The position numbers and the translations under genes are program-made. A DNA stretch of 64,000 nucleotides from Planctomycetota bacterium (lineage in GTDB: Bacteria; Planctomycetota; B15-G4; SIAN01): positions 4,702 through 68,701 of the forward strand of contig JANNXA010000030.1 in assembly GCA_031409275.1 (NCBI GenBank), in the 5' to 3' direction. Shown piece after piece: positions 19,700 to 28,444 of the stretch. The notes under the pieces were generated by a model, which was given only the letters and a program-made list of their open reading frames with translations, searched no databases and was not told the DNA's origin. Numbering within the stretch: position 1 is the first letter of the stretch; the number at the start of each line of letters is the position of its first letter.

Positions 19700-20418
19700 T
19701 CGAAGGCGGCTCCCGCTCCCGCTTCCCCTCCACCTGCTGGACGGTGATTCGCGACGCTCAGGCAGGCGCCGCCGCGGAACGAGCCGCGGCCCTCGAGCGC
19801 CTGCTGTCGGTCTATTGGCGTCCGATCTACTGGACGCTGCGGCTCGACTGGAACGAAGCGCCCGACGAAGCGCGCGACCTGACGCAGAGCTACTGCGCCT
19901 CGTTCCTCGAACGCGACCTGCTGCACGACGTCGCCGCCGAGCGCGGCCGCTTCCGCAGCTTCGTCAAGGCGACCCTCAAGCACTGGATGCTCGCCCATCG
20001 ACGCGACGCCGCGGCGCGCAAGCGCGGAGGCGGAGTGCGCATCGTGGCGTTGGCCGACCTCGACCCGATTGAAGCCGACCCGCCCGACTCCGACCAGTCG
20101 CCCGAGCAGCGCTTCGAGCGCCAGCTGATGCGGGCGATCCTCGAGCAAGCGCTCGCCGAACTGCGCACCGCCTGCGATCGCGACGGCAAGCTCGACCACT
20201 TCGAGCTCTTCCACCGCTTCTACGTGCTCGAAGCCAGCGGTCATGCGCCGAGCTACGCCGACCTCGCGTTGCACTTCGCCCTGTCCACCCACGACGTGAA
20301 GAACCGGCTCTCCGCGTTGCGCAGCCGCTTTCGAAATCTCGTGCTCACCTACCTGCGCGACGGGTTGAGCAGCGACGACGACTTGATGAGCGAAGTGCGG
20401 GCGGTCTTCTCGACATGA
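19696..20418 (+). CDS. ECF sigma-70 factor (kinase-associated type)
   Basis: FPSTCWTVI, YWRPIY, ARDLTQ and RGRFRSF motifs plus a C-terminal region-4 HTH; TTG start overlaps the cupin stop. Confidence 0.85.
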   Translation: MIEGGSRSRFPSTCWTVIRDAQAGAAAERAAALERLLSVYWRPIYWTLRLDWNEAPDEARDLTQSYCASFLERDLLHDVAAERGRFRSFVKATLKHWMLAHRRDAAARKRGGGVRIVALADLDPIEADPPDSDQSPEQRFERQLMRAILEQALAELRTACDRDGKLDHFELFHRFYVLEASGHAPSYADLALHFALSTHDVKNRLSALRSRFRNLVLTYLRDGLSSDDDLMSEVRAVFST

Positions 20419-20428
20419 GCCGACCACG

Positions 20429-23400
20429 ATGAAGCGCCCCGACGAACGCGATCGCCCCGCTTCGGACGATCGGCCGCGCGAGCCGTCGCCGGCGCGGCTG
20501 GCCGACGCGCTGCGCGGTGCCTTCCTCGACGAGGTCGGTCTGCGCGACGCGGCGGCGGGCGGGCGGACGATCGGCCCCTACCTGCTGCTTTCCCCGCTCG
20601 GCCGCGGCGCGAGCGGCACCGTCTGGCGCGCGCTGCATCGCGAGCTGCTGCACGAAGTGGCGATCAAGCTGCTCGACATGCGCGGCGATGAGGCGGGTGC
20701 AGGCGAGCGGCTCGAACGGTTCCGACGCGAGGCGGCCACCGCCGCGAGGCTGCGCCATCCCGGCATCGTCACCGTCCACGACTTCGGTCACGACGAGTCG
20801 AGCTGGTACCTCGTGATGGACCTCGTCGAGGGGCTGCCGCTCGATCGCTGGTTCGAACAGGAGCGCCCGACCGTCGCCCGCCGACTCGCCGTCGTCGAGC
20901 AGGTGGCGCGCGCCGCCGACCACGCGCACCGCCACGGCGTCGTCCACCGCGACCTCAAGCCAAGCAACATCATGGTGCGCCACGGCGACGAAGCGGTGCT
21001 GGTCGACTTCGGCGTCGCACGCGACCGCTCCGATCGCTCGCTCACCAAGGTGGGCGGCGTGGTCGGCACCTTCGCCTTCATGGCGCCGGAGCAGCTCGAC
21101 GGCGCGCGCGAGCCCGACGCGCGTTCGGACCTCTTCTCGCTCGGCGTGCTGCTGCAGTTCGTCGTGACGGGCCGTCCCGTCTTCGTCCACGCCGCGTCTC
21201 CCGCCGATGCGCTGGCCGCGCGCAAGACACCGCGTCTGCTGCCGTCGCAATTTGCCCCTTCACTGACGCCGGAGTTCGACTCGCTGGTCGCGCGCTGCCT
21301 CGAACCCGACCCGGCGCGCCGACTCGGCGATGCGGGCGTGCTGGCCGACGAGCTGGCGCGGCTGCGTCGCGAGGCCGTGCCGGCGGCGAAGTCGACCCGG
21401 CTGCAGCGATGGCGAAGCGTGGTTACGAGCTTCGCCGTGCTCGCGGTTCTGGTCGCGGGCGTTCTTGCCGCAGAGCACCTCCTCGAGCAACGCCGCTCGC
21501 TCACGTCGCACGCGCGGGCGCTCGCCATCGAGTCGGCCTTGCTCGAGCTGTCACCGCAGTTGCGCCGGCCGCTCGCCCGCGCTGAAGCGGCCCGCTACAC
21601 GCCGCTCCCGGAATCGGAGAACCTGCGACTCAGCGCCGAGATCGAAGCGATCCTCGCGGCCAGCGGCGACACGACCGGCGTCGCGGCGGCCTACCACGCA
21701 TGGAGCGAGTTCCTGCTGGCGCCCGACCAGGCGGCGGACGCCTTCGCTCGCGCCAAGCGCCGCCATCCCGACAATCCGTTCGTCTGGCTCCTCTCCGCGC
21801 GCCGCCAGCTGCGCCGCGCCGCCGACTCGCCGGCCTGGTCCACGGCGCTTCCGATTTCGTACGAGCTGCTGATCGAGCCGCTCGCCGCACCGGGCACGTT
21901 GCATCAGCAGCCGGCGATGCGCACGATCCTCGCAGACGCACGCGACGATCTCGAACAGGCGCGCCGCACCGCCGTGGTCGAAGCGCTGCCGGGGCTCGAG
22001 TGGATCGTGCGCCTGTGCGAGGGGCTCGAACGCTTCTCCGCCGGCGATCCGGAAGGCGTGGTCGAACGGCTCGATCCGCTCTGTGCCCATGGCGACATCG
22101 ACTTCGAGGCGACGCTCTTCCTCTGCCTCGCCCGCTTCGACCAGCGCCGCGTCTCCGAAGCGCTCGACCGGGCGCGCGCGCTGCACCAGCAGCATCCGGG
22201 TGTCAAACCGGCCACCAAGCTCCTCGCGCTCTGCCTGCAAGTCGAAGCGCGCGACCAGCTCGACGTCGGCAAGAGCCCGCTGCAGCTCCTCGAGGAAGCG
22301 AAGGTGCTGCTGGCGCAGGCCGGCTCCGAGTCGCTCGTCGACGCGATCCTCGTGGCGCAGCTCGACTTCGATCTCGAATGTGCGCGCCTCTACGCCGGCA
22401 TCACCAGCGAGACTGCGTGGCGAGCGATCGTCGCGCAGTGGATCGCGCTGCGAGCGCGAATCCTCGCGCAGGAATCGGTCGAGGAGAGCGCGCGCGGCGC
22501 CGCGCATGCGCGCGTCGGCTGGGCGCGCAACAACCTCGCGTTGGCGACGCTGCATGGGCAGGCTGCGATCGATGAGCAGCAGCGCGCTGCGGACGACTAT
22601 CGCGAAGCAGCGCGGCTCGCTCGCAAGCAGGCGTTGGTGCGCGTGCAGGAGGTGCAGGCGCGACTGATGGTCGCGGAGCTGCGCGCCCGCTGGGGAGCGC
22701 CGATCGACCCCACCGAGGTCGACTCGTTGAAAGTCTCGATCGCCGAGCTGCGGCAGCTCGCTGCACCCGACGAATCGCATCCGAAGGGCAATCCGTGGGC
22801 GCTCGCGCAGGCGGAGATCGCGGAGGCCCAGCTGACGCTCTGCGAGGTCGCGACGACGCCGCAGGTCGACGCCGCATTCGGTTCGCGCTGTCGCGAGGCC
22901 GCCGCGCAGGCCCGGCACGCGCGCGCGTTGGCTCCGCAGATCGGCACCACGACCTTCTACGAGTTCGACGCCGAGCTGTGGGCGCGCGTCGCCGAAGCGC
23001 AGCCAGCGGCCGCCATCGCCGCCTTCACGCGCCAGTTGCCCTTCGAGAGCCTCGGTGACGGCCCGCAGTGGTCGCGCTGGATCGAGCCGCTCTTCGTTCT
23101 GGCCAACGATGTCCGCTGCGACAACCGTCTCGCGCTGCTCGATGCGGCGGACGCGGCGATCGCGCGCATGCAGCGAGCCGTCCCCGATTCGTCGGTGTTC
23201 CCAGTCGCGGCGGTCGAGGCGCTGCTGCGCCGTCGATGGCTCGATCCGACGAACGCGATCGCCCCCATCGAGGCCGCGCTCGCCCATGCATCGGCGGCGC
23301 TCGACCGCGATCCGACTGCTCGCACCTTCGCCGAGGCGAAGGCGTTCGCGCTGCTGATGCTCGCCGAGCTCGGCGGCAGCGTGGCACGCGACTACGACGA

Positions 23401-23665
23401 GTGCTTGGCGCAGGCGGAGCAGGCGCTCGCCGTCGCGTGCCGCGAGCAGGTCTCCGTGCGCGCGCAGCTGCTGCGCGCGCGACTCGCGGTCGAGCGCGGC
23501 GATGCGGCGGCGGCCGCCGAGGCGAAGGCGCAGCTCGATGTCGCAATCGCGCGCGACCTCGAATCGGCCTACGCCGCGCGCTCGTGGGTCGACGTGATCC
23601 AGCCGCGCCTCGACCACGCCGACGATCAAGCGCTCGCCGCCGTCTGGCGCTCGCTCCTCCCGTAA
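20429..23665 (+). CDS. Hanks-type Ser/Thr protein kinase with TM segment and long helical (TPR-like) C-terminus
   Basis: LGRGASGTV, VAIK, HRDLKPSN, DFG and GTFAFMAPE motifs; TM segment FAVLAVLVAGVLA. Confidence 0.93.
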   Translation: MKRPDERDRPASDDRPREPSPARLADALRGAFLDEVGLRDAAAGGRTIGPYLLLSPLGRGASGTVWRALHRELLHEVAIKLLDMRGDEAGAGERLERFRREAATAARLRHPGIVTVHDFGHDESSWYLVMDLVEGLPLDRWFEQERPTVARRLAVVEQVARAADHAHRHGVVHRDLKPSNIMVRHGDEAVLVDFGVARDRSDRSLTKVGGVVGTFAFMAPEQLDGAREPDARSDLFSLGVLLQFVVTGRPVFVHAASPADALAARKTPRLLPSQFAPSLTPEFDSLVARCLEPDPARRLGDAGVLADELARLRREAVPAAKSTRLQRWRSVVTSFAVLAVLVAGVLAAEHLLEQRRSLTSHARALAIESALLELSPQLRRPLARAEAARYTPLPESENLRLSAEIEAILAASGDTTGVAAAYHAWSEFLLAPDQAADAFARAKRRHPDNPFVWLLSARRQLRRAADSPAWSTALPISYELLIEPLAAPGTLHQQPAMRTILADARDDLEQARRTAVVEALPGLEWIVRLCEGLERFSAGDPEGVVERLDPLCAHGDIDFEATLFLCLARFDQRRVSEALDRARALHQQHPGVKPATKLLALCLQVEARDQLDVGKSPLQLLEEAKVLLAQAGSESLVDAILVAQLDFDLECARLYAGITSETAWRAIVAQWIALRARILAQESVEESARGAAHARVGWARNNLALATLHGQAAIDEQQRAADDYREAARLARKQALVRVQEVQARLMVAELRARWGAPIDPTEVDSLKVSIAELRQLAAPDESHPKGNPWALAQAEIAEAQLTLCEVATTPQVDAAFGSRCREAAAQARHARALAPQIGTTTFYEFDAELWARVAEAQPAAAIAAFTRQLPFESLGDGPQWSRWIEPLFVLANDVRCDNRLALLDAADAAIARMQRAVPDSSVFPVAAVEALLRRRWLDPTNAIAPIEAALAHASAALDRDPTARTFAEAKAFALLMLAELGGSVARDYDECLAQAEQALAVACREQVSVRAQLLRARLAVERGDAAAAAEAKAQLDVAIARDLESAYAARSWVDVIQPRLDHADDQALAAVWRSLLP

Positions 23666-23669
23666 CCAC

Positions 23670-23822
23670 CGGTGGCGGGGATCTTTCCTCCGCCGCATCC
23701 GCACCATCGCGCCCGGGGGAGCCGCCCGATCACCCCGTTTGCGCGGGCGGAGTTCCTCGCGGTCCCGGGGACGGACGCAACGAAGGAGTGCGAAATCGGC
23801 GGAGGAAAGATCCCCGCCACCG
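23670..23822. repeat. 26-bp perfect inverted repeat with 101-bp spacer
   Basis: CGGTGGCGGGGATCTTTCCTCCGCCG (23670-23695) is the exact reverse complement of CGGCGGAGGAAAGATCCCCGCCACCG (23797-23822). Confidence 0.9.
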
Positions 23823-23905
23823 ATGCTGCCACCGATGCGGTTTCTAGAAGCGGCGACGCGAAGCGCTCTCCAGGGAGGGGGTCCCTCTCTGCTGGAGCTT
23901 TCGCC

Positions 23906-26900
23906 ATGAATCGTCGTTTGGTCGCCGCGGGGGTCGCACTCGCCACCGTCGCACGGATCGCCAGCGCGCAGACCGCCGGCACGCAGAATCGCGACGGTAC
24001 CTACGTCAACTTCGAAGAGGCGCCGATCCACCCGGTCGAGCTGGTGGAGAAGCACGCCGAACTCTGGGTGGCCAACGTCGCCGCCGGCACGGTCAGCATC
24101 TTCCAAGTCCCGGGTCTCGTGCTGCAGGACGAGCTGCCCGTCGGCCTCGGCCCGGTCACGATCCGCCAGCGTCCCGGCACCGACGAGATGTGGGTCGCCT
24201 GCGCCTCCTCGGGCGCGCTCTTCATCGTCGATCGCGCCACGCGGCAAGTGATCGACAGCTTCATGCCGGGCGCGCCCGTGCAAGGCCTCGAGATCCCGGC
24301 GGAACCGGCCGACCTCGTCTTCAGCAGCGACGGCAACCACGCCTACTGCTCGCTGTCGATGGTCAATCAGCTCGTCGAGATCGACACGGCGTCGCGCAAG
24401 GTGGCACGTCGCTTCGAGTTCGGCACCCCTTTTCCGCAACCGACGGCGCCGCTCGTCCACGCCGAGGAGCCGCGCGCGCTGCTGCTCGACGGCCAGACGC
24501 TCTACGCGCTCGCCTTCGAAAGCGGCAACGGCACGACCGCGCAGGCCAACCTGCTCGGCTCGACGATGGTCGACATGTGGGATCTGCACCTGAACCAGGG
24601 CCTGCCGCCGCCGCCCGATCGCGACCTCCTTCAGTTCGACCTGAGCAGCGGCGCACCCGTCGGTGCCACCACGCTGTGGCGCATGGGCACGCTCGACTTC
24701 GATGTCGTGCGGCTCGCCGACGGCGACTTCGTGGTGTCGAACCTCGACGCCAACAACCTGCTGCACGGCGAGTTCAACTTCCCGATCAGCGGCATCGCAC
24801 GCCATCGCGTGAGCCGCGCCGCTCCCGCAGTCCTCGGCGCCCCCCTGCCGCAGCCCACCGTCCACATCGATCTGAACGACCCGGCGATGCGCGATCCGCT
24901 GTTGCCGACCGCCGTGCGCTTCGCGATCCCCAACGAACTCGAATCCCTCGGTCGCTCCGGGCTGCTGCTGGTCTGCTGCTACGACACCGCCAACAGCGCC
25001 GTGATCGACCTCGCCACCAACACGGTCATCGCCGCGCTCGACGCCAGCGGCTTCGGGCCGCGCGGGCTCGCCGTCGACGCCAATGGCGAGCACGCATGGG
25101 TCTTCAATCGCGCCGACGCCACGCTCGACGAGTTCGATCTGACGGCGCTCGTGAATGGCGCCGTGCTGGCGCCCACGGCCAGCGCTCCGGTCGGCTTCGA
25201 CCCGACGCCCGCCGCCGTGCGCAACGGTCGCCTCGTCCACATCGACGCCACGAACTCGAGCAACGGCGTGCAGAGCTGCAACACCTGCCACGTCGACGGC
25301 CACACCGATCGCATCGCGTGGCTGCTCGGTGACTTCACCGGATCGCTGCCGGACAACCCGGTTGCGCGCGACGACAAGCAGGTGAAGACGACGCAGTCGC
25401 TGCGCGGCATCGAGGAGATCGCGCCCTACCACTGGCGCGGCGATCGGGCCGACCTCGACGCCTTCCAGCCCGCTTTCGAGGGGTTGCTCGGCGGCGCGAA
25501 GCCCTCGGGCACGGCCTTCCGCAACTTCCAGTCGTACGTCTTCTCGCTGACGATGCCGGCCAACCCGCGCCAACTGCCAACGCGGTCGCTGTCGAACAGC
25601 GTCACCGGGCTCGGCGCCCAGCGCGGCAAGCAGGCGTTCGAGCAGCTGCCGATCCTGCGCGTGGCGCATGACACGATCGCGCCCCACTCGGACCGCCGGC
25701 TCACCTGCAGCGAGTGCCATTCGCTGGAGGGCTTCGCCGGAACGCTGAACCAGATCGTGAACGACGTCACCTTCCCGATCTTCGCGGACCATCCGGCCCA
25801 CCTGACCGGCCTGTTCGACAAGACCAGCGACAACGTCGACTACGGCGCGGCCTTCCCGGTCAACCTGAATCAACTGAACCGGCTGCCCGCCACCGGCTTC
25901 GGCCTGGCCAACAACGGCTTCGCCGACGCGCTCGAGAACTTCGTCCCCGAACTCTTCAACGGCCCGCCCACTGCCGAGGCGGGGATCACGCAGTTCCTGA
26001 TCGAGTTCGACTCGGGCACCGCCATCGCCGCGATGTGGAGCTTCACGCTGACGACCGCGAAAGCGGGCGCGCCGGCGACTTCGCCGATCGCGCAGTACCT
26101 GATGCCACAGGCGACCACGGGCAACTGCGACCTCGCCGTCAAGGCGACGGTCCCAGGCGGCGGCGCGAACCGCGTCGGCTTCCTGTTCGACCCGGCCTCG
26201 CAGCGCTTCCTGGCCGATCGCATCGGCGTCGCGCCGCAGACGCTCGCGCAGCTCGATCAGCTGGCGCAGGCCGGTGGTGTGCTCACGTTCCTCGGTGTTC
26301 CGGTCGGCAGCGGCCGGCGGATCGGCATCGACCGCGACAGCGATGACCTTCCCGATGGCGACGAGCTCACCACCTCAACCGTCGATGCGGACAGCGACGA
26401 CGACAGCTTCCGCGACGGCTACGAAGTGCTGCACGGCTCGAATCCCGCCGATCCGCTCAGCCTGCCATCGAACCCCGTCGCTCCGGTCATCACGCAGGCG
26501 ACGTTGGCGTTCGAGAGTTCGGTGGTCGTGAAGTTCCGTTGGGAGACGAGCGGCGAAGCCAGCAGCCGCATCACGCTGCGCGATCCGACGACCAACGTCG
26601 CGATCGCGACCTTCATCGACCGCCGTCCTGATCGACGCCACGTGATGGTGGTGCGCGCGCTCGAGCCGGGCAGGAGCTACCTCGCCGAGATCGACGGCGC
26701 CGACGCCAACGGCAACTTCTCCGCGATCACGACCATCGCGTTCACGGCCACCGGCCACTTCTTCGAGTCGGTGCACAATGACGACGTCGTCCTGGCCTCG
26801 ACCGGCACCACCGGCGGCAACCAGGAGCTGCTGCAGGCGACGTTCACCGTGAAGGGCGAGAACGGCGTCGCCACCGACGGAGCCACCGTCAGCGGTCGCT

Positions 26901-27115
26901 TCATCGAGTGGGTGGCGGGCCAACCCGCCGTGAGCACGCTGTTCACCACGGCAGCGCCGACGATCGCCGGCGTCACGACGGCGAGCTACACCTCGCTGAA
27001 CCTGCACGGCTCCGGCGCCTTCGTCGAGGTGGTGGTCGACGCCATCACGACCGCAGCCGGCGAGATGCACTTCCACCCGCATGAAGTGACCTTCGCCGAT
27101 CGCGTGCAGTTGTGA
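23906..27115 (+). CDS. Secreted YVTN/YncE beta-propeller + diheme cytochrome c (peroxidase-like) + Ca-binding + FN3-like protein
   Basis: Signal peptide, propeller repeats (VGLGPV, GPRGLAV), CNTCH, TTQSLRG...PYHWRGD, CSECH, DxDxDD repeats. Confidence 0.8.
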   Translation: MNRRLVAAGVALATVARIASAQTAGTQNRDGTYVNFEEAPIHPVELVEKHAELWVANVAAGTVSIFQVPGLVLQDELPVGLGPVTIRQRPGTDEMWVACASSGALFIVDRATRQVIDSFMPGAPVQGLEIPAEPADLVFSSDGNHAYCSLSMVNQLVEIDTASRKVARRFEFGTPFPQPTAPLVHAEEPRALLLDGQTLYALAFESGNGTTAQANLLGSTMVDMWDLHLNQGLPPPPDRDLLQFDLSSGAPVGATTLWRMGTLDFDVVRLADGDFVVSNLDANNLLHGEFNFPISGIARHRVSRAAPAVLGAPLPQPTVHIDLNDPAMRDPLLPTAVRFAIPNELESLGRSGLLLVCCYDTANSAVIDLATNTVIAALDASGFGPRGLAVDANGEHAWVFNRADATLDEFDLTALVNGAVLAPTASAPVGFDPTPAAVRNGRLVHIDATNSSNGVQSCNTCHVDGHTDRIAWLLGDFTGSLPDNPVARDDKQVKTTQSLRGIEEIAPYHWRGDRADLDAFQPAFEGLLGGAKPSGTAFRNFQSYVFSLTMPANPRQLPTRSLSNSVTGLGAQRGKQAFEQLPILRVAHDTIAPHSDRRLTCSECHSLEGFAGTLNQIVNDVTFPIFADHPAHLTGLFDKTSDNVDYGAAFPVNLNQLNRLPATGFGLANNGFADALENFVPELFNGPPTAEAGITQFLIEFDSGTAIAAMWSFTLTTAKAGAPATSPIAQYLMPQATTGNCDLAVKATVPGGGANRVGFLFDPASQRFLADRIGVAPQTLAQLDQLAQAGGVLTFLGVPVGSGRRIGIDRDSDDLPDGDELTTSTVDADSDDDSFRDGYEVLHGSNPADPLSLPSNPVAPVITQATLAFESSVVVKFRWETSGEASSRITLRDPTTNVAIATFIDRRPDRRHVMVVRALEPGRSYLAEIDGADANGNFSAITTIAFTATGHFFESVHNDDVVLASTGTTGGNQELLQATFTVKGENGVATDGATVSGRFIEWVAGQPAVSTLFTTAAPTIAGVTTASYTSLNLHGSGAFVEVVVDAITTAAGEMHFHPHEVTFADRVQL

Positions 27116-27133
27116 CCGTCGCCTGAGCGTCTG

Positions 27134-27173
27134 GCCGCCGCGAAGCGCCACCCCCCGGGCGCTTCGCGGCGGC
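27134..27173. terminator. GC-rich hairpin after the diheme gene (terminator or RNA-stabilising)
   Basis: GCCGCCGCGAAGCGCC / GGCGCTTCGCGGCGGC form a 16-bp perfect stem with an 8-nt loop; no U-tract. Confidence 0.5.
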
Positions 27174-27228
27174 GGCGCCGTTCACGGGCGGGCTAAGCTC
27201 GCGCGCCTCATTCGAAGAGGCGACCACG

Positions 27229-28434
27229 ATGATCCGCGAGACCCTGACGATCGAAGGCGCGCTGCTGAACGGCGAGCGCCTCGCGCAACTGCTCGGCACG
27301 GTGGCCAACGCCGGCGCGCAGGGCACCGTCGAGGAGCTGCGCGGCGACGCGACGACCGCGCGCGCGCGTCTGGCCATCGAAGCCAGCGAACCGACGCTGG
27401 TTGATGCGGCGATGCTCGCGTTGCAGCGACTCGGCGTGGCGCTCCCACGCAGCGCGCTCACCGATGCACGCACCGCCCCCGCGGAGCGCGACGGCATCCT
27501 GCCCGATGAGTTCTACGCCACGTCGAACTTCGACACCTTCGTGCGGCTGGCCGGCCGCTGGCACGCCGCGCGCGCCCAGAAGATGGACTGCGCGCTGGTG
27601 GTGCGCGATGGCGTCCCGACCTGCGTCAAGCAGCGGCTGGTGAAACGGGGCGAAGCCGTGGTGCTGCTCGGCGCCGGCATCCGCGTCAGCGCTCCTGACT
27701 TGAAGGCGGCCGCGACGGCGTTCGGCTTCATGAGCAACGACGTCTCCTCCGAGGTGAACAAGGCGGCGATCGTGGCGCGGGTCGCCGCGCAGATGCGCGA
27801 GGCGCGGTCCGCCGGCGAGAAGATCGTCGTCGTCGCCGGACCGGCGATCGTCCACTCGGGCGGCGATCTCGCATTCGCGCGCCTGGTTCGCGCGGGCTGG
27901 ATCGACGTGCTGCTGGCCGGCAACGCCTTCGCTGCCCACGATCTCGAAAAGGCGCTGTTGGGCACGAGCCTCGGCATCTGCGCGATGAGCGGCAAGGCGC
28001 GCGACGGCGGCAGCCGCCACCACCTGTGGGCGATCAACGCGGTGAACCGCGCCGGCGGCATCACGCCGGCCGTCACGTCAGGACTCGTGAAGTCTGGCGT
28101 GATGGCGGAGTGCGTGAAGAAGGGGACGCGCTTCGTGCTGGCCGGCTCGATCCGCGATGACGGGCCGTTGCAGGACGTGATCCCCGACATCCGCGACGCG
28201 CAGGTCGCCTACCTCGATGCGCTGCAGGGCTGCGGCATGTGCCTCATGCTGGCCACCGGGCTCCACTCGATCGCGGTTGGCAACCTGCTTCCCGCGCGGG
28301 TTCGCACCGTCTGCGTCGACATGACCGAAGCGCTGCCCACCAAGCTCAGCAACCGCGGCACGCTGCAGGCGATCGGCGTCGTCACCGACGTCGGCTACTT
28401 CCTCGAGCGGCTCGCGAGCGAACTCGGCGCCTGA
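27229..28434 (+). CDS. TIGR00300 / LOR-SDH family protein (ArgZ C-terminal-like, putative ornithine cyclodeaminase)
   Basis: PDEFYATSN, MDC, FGFMSNDVSSE, GPAIVHSG, GNAFAAHDLE, LAGSIRDDGPL and LHSIAVGN motifs. Confidence 0.85.
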   Translation: MIRETLTIEGALLNGERLAQLLGTVANAGAQGTVEELRGDATTARARLAIEASEPTLVDAAMLALQRLGVALPRSALTDARTAPAERDGILPDEFYATSNFDTFVRLAGRWHAARAQKMDCALVVRDGVPTCVKQRLVKRGEAVVLLGAGIRVSAPDLKAAATAFGFMSNDVSSEVNKAAIVARVAAQMREARSAGEKIVVVAGPAIVHSGGDLAFARLVRAGWIDVLLAGNAFAAHDLEKALLGTSLGICAMSGKARDGGSRHHLWAINAVNRAGGITPAVTSGLVKSGVMAECVKKGTRFVLAGSIRDDGPLQDVIPDIRDAQVAYLDALQGCGMCLMLATGLHSIAVGNLLPARVRTVCVDMTEALPTKLSNRGTLQAIGVVTDVGYFLERLASELGA

Positions 28435-28444
28435 TCGCCGCCGC

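Noticed and set aside
23800-23815. RNase P RNA-like GAGGAAAG motif
   Set aside because: It continues ATCCCC rather than TCC, the gap is too short, and the motif is part of the inverted repeat.
21551-25873. Very long antisense or alternative-frame ORFs (e.g. 21551-25873, 52591-56646, 30128-33382)
   Set aside because: Shadow ORFs of high-GC genes with Arg/Ala-rich, motif-free translations that overlap well-supported genes.
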